From NCBI GenBank assembly GCA_010909165.1, contig MU008205.1:310001-374000 (forward strand): 64,000 nucleotides of DNA, in the 5' to 3' direction. Within the stretch, counting starts at the first letter, position 1; each line of letters opens with the position of its first letter. The notes below the pieces were generated by a model, which saw nothing but the letters and a program-made list of their open reading frames with translations, did not search any database and was not told where the DNA came from. A program made the translations under genes and the position numbers. Positions 47,158 to 57,500 of the stretch are shown piece by piece. This DNA is from Anthoceros angustus. Taxonomy: Eukaryota > Plantae > Anthocerotophyta.

Positions 47158-48758
47158 TTCAAGTCAGTCAATAGAGCTTGCACTTCCACTGTAATTTCCT
47201 GTTAGCTTCAGCCGTAATTGTTTAAGCTCATCTCGTTATGTGGGCTTTGTTCATGTAGTTGAATGTTTGTGAAGGAGTGTTGGCGAAGTTGCTGTCAAAT
47301 GGAGGCCGCAGGTGACAAACTAGTCTACTACCGATTGTAGAATGCATGGTGTAGTAGGCTTTGCCAGTATAGCGTTAGTGGAGTTTTTTACAACAAGCCT
47401 CTGTAGATTTTACAACAAACTTGTTTCATTGCAACGCATTAAGTTTACAACGGACCCCTATCTCTACTCCCGAAACTTTACAACGAGGGCCTTTTACAAC
47501 GGGCTTCGTTGTAAATGCCTAGCTACTTTTAAACGAACCCTGTATAACATGGTTCATTTACAACAAGGTCCATTGTAAAAGTGCACACTTATTACAACAG
47601 GGCTCGTGCGAAAGGTACGCACGATTACGACGGCCATTCAGTTAGGTTAATCATGGTTAAGTAACCCCAACTAGTTTGTGGTGATTGGAATCCAGTTACT
47701 TAATCCCAGTTAATAAACTGCGGTCAATTTACCATAGTACTTAACTCTAGTATATTAACCATGGTTATTGAAGTTGTAAAATGCGTTGTAAGTGTATCGT
47801 AGTAATGTCCGCTGTAAAGGGGTTCCGTTGTAAAGTTTAACCAGTGTACGGAGCACCAGTCAAGCCATACACCGGATGAAATGGACAATACCGTATTCAA
47901 TACATGATATAGCCCTCGGATATGCGTATATACTTCTACTACGGATATTACTAAGATGTGTTTAATACGAGGATTTTTACTACAGACTTAGTAAAGCCGT
48001 TGTAATGCCCGTTGTAATTTAAAAGGCCCGTTTTCCTAGTAGTGAATTTCCATAACTCTGTAGAAAGTGCTGGCTAACGCTGTTTATAGGATGGCTACGT
48101 GCGCAAGACTAGCGGCTTCTTCGGCACCGGTGATAGGTAGGCCCTTTATTATCCCTGATCACGATATCATTGGTGCAGTAGGTAGTTACGGGAAAGGCAT
48201 TGGAGGGGACTAGGACTTCCCCTTTTACTATTAGCCCTTTTTGGTAGTTCCTCCTCGGACTTCAGGGTAAATGGGATTTCTTATCTCGTCTATTAATAAC
48301 GTCTACTCTACTATGTTGGAATTTGATCAATTTGAAGATTTTATACATATTTTAAATTATACATCCAAATCCTGCACTAAAATTTCTACATAAATCCCAA
48401 AAATTACATTAGAATTTGATTAGAGTAACCTTGTAAGCCAAGATGTAACCTCATATTCCACTACATGATGTTTATAGCTGACATAATGGTACCCCATTTA
48501 AGTACTGATCCGTAGGATCGCTTAAGTGTGGATGTCACTCCTTGAACGGCACCACTCTGCTCGCGTTCTTGCTAGGTTTCTATATCATGGTGTAAGAGTT
48601 GTAAGATGCTTATTTTCGTTCTTCAAGCCTCCCATTGTCTTCGTGCTTTGCGTGCTCACATTCGTGGCGCTCCAAAGAACCCTCCGCATCTTCTTGCGCG
48701 TGGTGGCCAGGGCCCTTGATTGTGTTCGCTATTGTTAAGGTGCATGTCAGGTGTGAGC

Positions 48759-49924
48759 ATGGCTGGTAAGGAGGAGTCCAAGAGGGAGAGTGCAAAGGAA
48801 GTAGTGGAGGAGGGACGCGCTGAGCTGCGGTTCTTGAGGTTCCAATCAACTAGACCCGGAGAGCTGGTGGAGGAGTGCCTGATTTCAGTGCCCAAGAGTG
48901 CAGCAGAGGGCATGCTGCAGTTACTTGGGCCGTTCCAAGAGACGTCGCACCTTGCCGAAATTGACGCTCCTCGGCAGCTGCCTGTAGCCGGGATTTCTAC
49001 TGTGGCTGCACTCCTGGTGGTGGAAAAGTATTGCTGGATCTACGCAGGAAACAGCATAATGGAACAGCGGCAGGCCAAGATCCGGGCACTGCTCCAACCG
49101 GTTCAAGGAGGCGTGTTCCTCGAGTTGGCTAAAGCTTGTCATCAGCTTAAACTCCGGGAGCTGTATGACGAAGTAGCCAAGGCCTGGGATGATTGGAAGT
49201 TGCGCTGCTCACCCCAGGAGATGAGGGAGCTGTTGAAGCTGCCGGCTCCTGCCACCGCGGAGGATGCGTGGCTGCCTCTGCCAGACTCACAGGCGACGAA
49301 CGGGCCCATCTGCAACTACAACGATTGGTTGTGGGACAGGGTGAAGGCCATGGCAGGTGGGGAAGATGAGCGGGACGTGGATGCCTTGGTTGGGTACATG
49401 AAGGGCACCAGCACTGCTTCCACCGGAAAGGGTGAGTGCAGCAAGTCAGCTCCTAACTCCAAGCAGCGACGCCGGGTCCGCCGCCGGAATCAAGCGCCTC
49501 AGCGGAATGTCAACCGTGGCCAAGGGTCCGGATCTTCACCCGCATCCGCTGCCGGGTCCTTCTCGGAGCCCAATCCGTCAGACGATCACGTGGATGCCGG
49601 CTCCAGCTCCTCCAGCCTCGTTCCTCTGGAACCAACTCTGCTACAAGCTCTTCGCCAGCGGCAAGCTTGCGGTGAGTGCGAGCTCGATGAGGCTGTTTAT
49701 AGCAATTGGTTTCATAAGGGCTGCTGTTGATGAGCTCGAGGAGCTAGGAGGCTGCCGTTCGAGAGACAAGTGCGTGCAGGATGGCTGGTGCTGATGAGGA
49801 CTTCGACAAGGTCCAGGCTGCTCTAGAAAAGGAAGTAGCGGGGTGGGAGAAAAACTGCGTCTTTACTCCAGCTCCTGTGTATCCTGTCCTAGCCTGCAAT
49901 GCCTTCTTGTCTTTGAGCAGCTAG
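48759..49924 (+). CDS. Divergent intronless type-II SKP1-like paralog c (apparent frameshifts near the 3' end)
   Basis: MAGKEESKRESAKEV start; ISVPKSAAEGMLQLLGPFQET; YCWIYAGN; FLELAKACHQLKLRELYDEVAKAWDDWKLRCSPQEMRELLKLPAPATAEDAWLPL; DERDVDALVGYMKG; shifted-frame AGADEDFDKVQAALEKEV. Confidence 0.8.
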
Positions 49925-50169
49925 CTGGCTAGCCATAGCCACCCGTCCAGCAGGGTATTTCCATTAGATATGTATGTGGCATGTGGCAGCTATGTATGAT
50001 GGCTAGCTGTAGACTTGTCCAAGTCTCTAATTAAGTATTTGTGTGGCCGGGCATTTATGCTCCTGCAAAATCTGTGGTGTGTTTCACAGATAGATGTTGC
50101 AATATTTGTTGGAGAGAATTGGAGCAAATCCGCAAAGTTGTGTTCCACTGCTCATGAGCTGCTCATGCC

Positions 50170-50330
50170 CTCAAGCTTGAGAAACTCATAAGCTCAAGAG
50201 CTCAAGCTCGAGAAACTCATAAGCTCAAGACCTCAAGCTCGAGAAGCTCATGAGCTCAAGCTCGAGAAACTCATAAGCTCAAGAGCTAAAGCTCGAGAAG
50301 CTCATGAGCTCAAGCGCTCAAGCTCGAGCA
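50170..50330. repeat. 31/23-bp minisatellite (ctcaagctcgagaaactcataagctcaagag) x about 5
   Basis: gagaa(a/g)ctcat at 50179, 50210, 50241, 50264 and 50295. Confidence 0.9.
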
Positions 50331-50349
50331 GATCTCATGATGTGCAGAG

Positions 50350-51000
50350 CTCATGATCGCTCTTCACGGTATCATATCTATGTATGTTCTGTTACCATAT
50401 GGATTCAAGCTTGTGCTGACCACTGGAATGCGGCTGGCTCTACAGGCTAGAGCAGTGGTCATGGGTGTGCAGTTCTGGGAGCAATTCAGGGAGCAATTGC
50501 TTACAGCTTTCGAAAGCAAGATTGCAACGAGAGGTCATGGAACCTACCCTTGCATTGTCGTTACAAGGTGCTTTGACACTGCGTCTTCTAGCTACATTGT
50601 CCCTGGCTATAGCTACCGCCTGCAGAAGCCCCGAGGTTGCAGCATACAACTGTGGGAAGCTTTTCGCTCTTCTCACAAGTGATCAGTTACCAGCTGGCAA
50701 TACCGTAAGTGAATCTCGCTCGTTTCGCCAGGTGCTTGGAAAGAGTTTCACTGCCAACCCAGCCGCGTGAAGTTCAAACTTAAGGACCGGAAGGCAGATG
50801 CTTGAAGGGGGAAGCTGGTCCGCGATCGTGTACGTTTCCGCATTGTCGCTTCGACGTCTTTACGTACATACCGTCTTCCATCGCCTTCATGTGTATGTAC
50901 ATATGTACAATTACATGCCGAGCTTCGGGTGGATGGAAGAAAGAGCTCGTCATCCCGTTTCGTCGCTTGGAACGTTTCGTCGCTTGGAAGACCACAAGCC
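50350..51000 (+). other. 3' flank of SKP1-like c, inverted homolog of the 3' flank of paralog a (about 2990-3600)
   Basis: For example gttaccagctggcaataccgtaagtgaat is the reverse complement of the attcactacggtattgccagctggt block; gggtaggttc and ctagaagac blocks are shared. Confidence 0.8.
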
Positions 51001-51579
51001 AGTGCCAGGGGTGTCGCGTTGGAGATAATGGAGGTTATAACTCTATGGACATGGTCATTTCCTCTTTCACCACTTCCGCAATCCGGATTTGTTGATGAGG
51101 TACTGCTTGCACGACACTCTCCTGCATCTGGTTGCTGATCTACTGACTGTTGTCAGTCATACGTGGTGCAGTGTGTCGGTCTCCCAGGATTGCAACAGCG
51201 ACGAGGGATGGGAAATATATCCCTTGTGGAGCTCCCAACAGCTCGGTTATATGGAGCTACATCATATGGTTTTTATGCGCCAATCCATCGTATCAGATGC
51301 CTCACTTCTATACCCGTCCTGTATGTGCTGCAATTATTACTGTTGAATACAGCGCTGTCCAGCGTTTGGTGCTCCCGATGGTCAACCTGAAGTTTAGGTG
51401 ATCTGCTTGGTCTGTTTTGTTAACCCGCCCTCGTGCTTTCGGTGGATTATGTGATTCATGCGCCTCCAGAACTGGTTGTCCAGCCACAGGAGCATATCTG
51501 CAGAACATCTGTCTATCTTGACCTCACCGGCTAGCACTGAAGCTGATTAATGTTGACAAGGACCTGAATCTGTACCCTG

Positions 51580-53400
51580 TGATGGGTCAGAAGCTACTGC
51601 TTGGACGTCCTACTGCAGTCGGTGTGCTTCTGCATAGAACAATCGCATTAGATGAGAGCAACAGAGCACTCGTTTCGCTGTTCCACTTGTTCTTGTTCAA
51701 CAACAAAAGAGAGGGAGAGAGAAAACCCAACAACAAAACCTGTTCAGCCTGCTCGCCAGGGCATATGCTTGTGGGCGAGTGGGCTCCTTGAACTGTCTGC
51801 TGCTTATGTCTCGTTACTGAGGAGATGAGAACTACCAGCCCCATGCCCTGCTTTGAGTACCCTGCCATCATATGTATCAGTCCGTGTCCCACATCGTTTT
51901 GACCACGTCGGTCAAACACTTCTTGAGCATCTTCCATGCTGCCACAGTTGGCACACATTTTCACAAAACCGGTGGCTACAAAAACACCAGCTTGATGTTC
52001 CCATTCTCTGATTTGCTGATCCAGAATCGGGTACAGCGCTCACTGCCTTCTTCTTTCATATCATTGTAAGGGAGAGGGCTGCACGCGTTGACACGCCATT
52101 ATGTGCCTGGTTGGGACTGCCCTACTATCATTGCATTCCACGTCACCACATCTTTTTGACCAAGCCCATCAAACAGCTGTTCCTGAGCATCTTCTAAACT
52201 ACTGCCACGCTTTGCATCCATGTGCACCAAACTGTCTGTTTGCTATAGAAACATCACCTGGGTATCCTTGTTTGTTCTCTTATCTTTGTGTGAAGTTGCC
52301 TTCGGTTCTCCAACGCTGGGGTGCCAACAATTGCACATCTGCGCCTTCTTGCATATCGCTGTAGAGATGAAGGGCTTCCAGGCTCACTCCCTGCTGGGAA
52401 TACCCTGCTATCATGGCACATCACCACTTGTTTTGAGCAAGTCCAACAAACAGTACCTAGGCGTGCTCCAGGCTGCCACATTATTTTGCACACATTTTCA
52501 CCAAACTGCTGGCTACAAACACATCAGCACATCAGCCTGGTACCCTCTCTCTCTCTCTACAACGAACCTAGTGGTCATTATAATGGACGATCTAAGTCAG
52601 GTCATGTCTATTTCACTAAAGAACCTCTACGCTCGGAGAACGAGGAGGAGGGAAGGAAAGTTCAAGCGCTCTTGGCAGAAGAAAATTTTCTTCAGGCGCT
52701 ACCTTATTCTCTTACGATAGGAGGGCATTCCACTTTTCCAACCTGGCACATATTTGACCAAACCGGTGGCTACAAACACATCAGCTTGATGCCAGGGAGT
52801 TTTCTAATTGACTTGAACACGAGGGTGCATACCTCACGATCCAAGGCCAGGGGGCCGACAGTTCCACATGCCTGCAGGAGGCAGACGACTGTCAACACGC
52901 AATGGGGCATAGCTATGCCTTCCTCTTGCTTATATCACAGCATAGCTGAAGGGCATCCTACCCCAGCCTCCTCCCCTCAACATCCTGCGGCCATGAAGGT
53001 TTGGATGAGCGAAGTGCGATGCCTTTCGTGGCCTTTAGCTTGGGCGACAAGCAATTGTCAGCCTTGGCCTTCCGCTTCCATGCTGAGATGCAGCTCACCT
53101 TCTCAGCACGTGAGCTGGTTCCAAGAAGAGAAGCGGAAGGCCAAGGGCCTCGAGGCCAAGGCCGAGGCCCTTGGTCTTCCCCCAGCGGCTAGGTCGTGAG
53201 GCTGTATGAGGACAATTGCTGGCATGTATATGATGGCTGCTCATGAAGAGGACCTCGACGCATATGCACAACCCTGTGACCACGGCCGGTGCAGGTAAGG
53301 AAGTAGCAGAGCCGGAGGAAAAGCTCCTTTGTATCTGATGTGTATCATGCCCTAGCTGTGCGTCACAGCCGCTTTGGTTTTCTGTCCGAGGGGGCACATC
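51580..53400 (-). pseudogene. Degenerate PLS-class PPR pseudogene, inverted paralog of 10150-12130
   Basis: MKMCANCGSMEDAQEVFDRRGQNDV; VVCLLQACGTVGPL; ADVFVATGLVK motifs; many stops. Confidence 0.8.
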
Positions 53401-53906
53401 ACCAGAAACAAAGAGAACGTAAACAAATAGACTTTATAGATGGGACTTTGATTTGGACTAACCGCGTAAGGCACTACCTAACAATTCGGAGTAACGGGAA
53501 GGCACTAACAACTGGGAGTAACACTAAATTTTGGAGGCCCCGCGCAAACTACGCATTCTCCACAAACAAGCAGTAACAAAGGCTTCCTTCCTCCGAGTGG
53601 TGAGCGCGGCGTCGCAAGCGTGCTCCTGAGGTGGGACGGGCGCGGCGGGCATTCTGGGCGAGGCGCGGCTACGAGGAGGCCAGCGGCTACCAACATCTGT
53701 TCACAGCACCCATCAGGGAAGAACGGCTAAGAATTGTGTGTTTTGTGCCTCTCACCATCCCTCCTCCCCATCCTCCCCATCCTCCCTCTCCCCCACACTT
53801 CTTTGGACTGCTGCTCGCTCTGCACCCGCCCTATACCTCTGATCTGCATTTCATCTGTGCCAGTGCTGCCCATCTTCCCCCCCCTCTTTTCTAGTCCTCT
53901 CCCCCA

Positions 53907-54155
53907 TGTTCATACAGCCTTTCACCAGCATTAAAGAGGAGGCAAGAGCGATGCGAAGGATTATTCTATTGATGATTTGGAACATATTTATAGAGTGTTT
54001 TATGCGGTTATAGCTCATCATCCTCTTAGTATGATAACCGCGGTAAATGGTTAATGGCGGTGGGTTACATTTACCACGTCTAATTAATTCTAAACCTCTG
54101 CACGAGCGAAGCGTGCCCTAATGCACCGGTGTAGGCAGAGCCCAGGACTCCAACA
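53907..54155 (-). mobile_element. 3' LTR of the Ty1/copia element (about 249 bp; distal boundary inferred)
   Basis: On the minus strand, PPT gcgagggggag (54166-54156) is immediately followed by TGTTGG. TATA-like ctataaata inside; ends ...gaACA at 53907. Confidence 0.65.
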
Positions 54156-54531
54156 CTCCCCCTCGCTGCAAACTGGGTGCATCAAGAGATTGAGTGATGT
54201 CGAAGATGGCTTCAATCCCCTATGCCCGCAATCGATCCCGAGCATCCGCCGGCAATCACGGTGGCTTCTTCAGCTCGGGTCCTACGTCGTCGATGCCATA
54301 ACTGACAGAGTGACGAGGATGGTGGAGACAGAAGTACCCAATCACAGAAAACAGAAGGAGAGCTCACAACATCTGAAGCGTAGGCGCAAAGCTTCAAAAT
54401 CCGAAAGCAGTTCGGTTAGTGCAGAGCAGTTCTGGATGGCGGTGAAACAACCTCTTCCTGAAGACAAAGATGATGCTGCACTCCATTGAGCAGCTAGCTG
54501 GATGAAGACTCCAGCAACTTGAGTGATGTCT

Positions 54532-57500
54532 TTAGTGTCCCTTCCCAGGAGCTTCGCTCCCCCTCCATAATAAGTTTCCCTCGCTGTCAACCCGATTGCT
54601 TGAGCATTGAGCGTGTGGTGTCTTCGATAAGCCCTTGGTGAGAAGATCGGCTGTGTTCTCTTCCGTGGTGACGTAGCTGAGGGTGACCTGTTTGTTGCTC
54701 ACAACTTGCCGAATGAAATGGTGCTGTATCTCCACGTGCTTTGTCCTGGCGTGGAGCACGAGGTTCAGGGTCATGGCAATTGCGGATTGATTGTCGCACT
54801 TAAGCTCCGTAGGCTGATGCTGCTCCTCATTGATGTCCTTCAGGAATTGGCGTATCCACAGGATCTCCTTAGCTGCCAATGAGGTTGCTGCGTGCTCCGC
54901 TTCGGTGGATGAGAGGCAAACAGTTGGCATCTTCTTGCATGCCCAGGAGACTGTTGAGCTGTTGATCATAGTGCAATAAGCTGCTGTGGATTTTCTGGCG
55001 TCAGGATCTCCGGCCCAGTCCGCGTTTGAGAAGCATGTGAGTACAAGTTTGCTACTACCAACTGACCTGTAGACGAGGCCTAGGGATCTGGTTCCTTTTA
55101 AGTACCTAAGAATTCGTTTGACGCATGTCCAGTGAGCTTTACCGGGGTTGGAAAGATACCTAGATGCTATATTGACAGCCTGAGATATGTCTGGACGTGT
55201 CCAGATTGCTAAGTACAGGAGGCTGCCTACGGCTTCGCTATAAGGTACTTGCTTCATCTCTTCTACTTCTTCAGGTGTAGTTGGGGAATCTTCTGCAGAC
55301 ACTTTTTCACCTGCTGCTATGGGTGTGGTGACAGGTCTGGCATCTTTGAGGTTGAACCTATCCGACTGGTCTACATAGTCTTTGGTGAATGAAGAAGGAA
55401 TGTTACATTGTACTTCTCTCGAACTGGACACCTAGGGCGTACTTCAGAGGGCCTATGTCTACAATCTCGTACTCCTTGGCAAGTAGGTCTTTTACATACT
55501 GGATAATTTGAGGGGAAGTGCCAAAAATGAAATTGTCGACAACGTACAAGGTAACTACTGCGAAATTCTTTTTCTGTCTAAGGAGGTAGACACTAGAATC
55601 TGCAGGTAGGGGTGAGAAACCAGATTTCTTTAAATACAGGTCCACTGTTTCGTTCCATACGTGAGCGGACTGTTTTAGTCCATAGAGGGACTTCACCAGC
55701 TTACAAACCTTCTTGCTGTCCTTGATGTAGCCAGGGGGTTGAAGCATGTAGATATCTTCACTCAGAGTGCCGTATAGGAAAGCCTTTTTCGTCGACTTGA
55801 TGGATGTCGAGATGATGATGAGCTGCCGCCAAGAGTATCCTCATGGATGTTGACTTCACTACGGGTCAGAGTCGGTTTTCCTCGTAATCAAAACCGGAAC
55901 TTGGTGAAGCCACAGCGACTAGCCTTGCTTTGTGTCTTGCTGCCGTGCAGGTTGACTTCCTCCGAATGTCCACTTACGGGATATAGGCTACGGCACAGGT
56001 GTCGATCGATATCCAGTCTTGTTGGCGATGAGTGAGTCGTACTCGATTTTGGCGGCGGTCCATTCGGTCTTGAATGCTTCTTCAATTGGCGAGGCACGCC
56101 CCGCATCTCGATGGTGACATAGCTTGGTGTAGAGCAAGGTTGACGATGTCCAAGTGAGCTTTACCGGGGTTGGAAAGATACCTAGATGCTATATTGACTG
56201 AGATATGTCCGACGTGTCCAGATTGCTCATGTGAGGCGCCTACCGCTATAAGGTACTTGCTTCATCTCTTCTACTTCTTGGTGTAGTTGGGGAATCTTAC
56301 ACTTTTCACTGCCGCTATGGGTGTGTGGTGACAGTCCGCATCTTTGAGGTTGAACCTATCCAAGAATCGGTCTACATAGTGCTGGTGAATGAAGAAGGAA
56401 TGTTCTGTACTTCTCTCGACACCTAGGGCGCATTGAGGGCCTATGTCTACAATCTCGTACTCCTTGGCAAGTAGGTCTTTTACATACCGGATAATTTGAG
56501 GAAGTGCCAAAATGAAATTGTCGACAACGACAAGGTAACTCACAAATTCTTTTTCCTGCCTAAGGAGGTAGACACTAGAATCTGTAGGGGTGAGAAGCAT
56601 TTCTTTAAATCTGTGTCCACTGCTTGCTCCATACGTGAGCGGACTGTTTTAGTCCATAGAGGGACTTCACCAGCTTACAAACCTTCTTGCTGTCCTTGAT
56701 GTAGCCAGGGGGTTGAAGCATGTAGATATCTTCACTCAGAGTGCCGTATAGGAAAGCAGTTTTTACGTCGACTTGATGGATGTCGAGATGATGATGAGCT
56801 GCCAGCGCCAAGAGTATCCTCATGGATGTTGACTTCACTACGGGTCAGAGTCCCTCGTAATCAAAACCGGAACTTGGCTCGGCACTAGCCTTGCTTTGTG
56901 TCTTGCAACTGCGCTGTCACCCGCCTCCCGAATGTCCACTTACGGGATATAGGCTACGGCCCGAGGTAAGTCACAAGATCAGTCTTGTTGGCGATGAGTG
57001 AGTCAGACCGATTTTGCGCAGCATCATCTGTGGGTCTTGAATGCTTCTTCAATTGATCGAGGCACGCCCCGCATCTCGGTGACATAGCTTGGTGTAGAGC
57101 AAGGTTGACTGATGAGCTTCTTGCATTGTTGTTAATCGTCCTCGGAGCTGGGCTGGGGTTTTGCCTGTGGATGTGGCCCCAGCGATGTGTATCCTTCCAT
57201 TTGGATCGAGGAGGCGCCAGGTAGAGCGTCTGAGTGAGAGCTCGGAGTTCGGGGTAAAAGTTGCTCATGTCTTTGGTCTTTGGTGGTGGTGAGGTAGGTT
57301 AAGTTCTGAAATTCGAGTTGAGACGGTGGCTGACCTATGGCTTGTGGCATCTTCTTGCATGCCTGTGGAGACCGCTGAGTCATGGATAAGTGCGCTTTGT
57401 GGATTTTCCGGGATCTCCGGCCCGATCCGCGTTTGAGAAGCATGAGTACAAGTTTGCTACTACCAATCGACCAGACGAGGCCTAGGGATCCGGTTCCTTT

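Larger units (their letters stand above)
46080..48044 (+). mobile_element. CACTA (En/Spm) DNA transposon, right-hand part only
   Basis: Terminus ...ttttcctagTAGTG at 48044 (reverse complement CACTACTAGGAAAA). Numerous subterminal ttacaac/gttgtaa repeats at 47380-48020 in both orientations. A TnpA-like exon is present. Confidence 0.85.
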
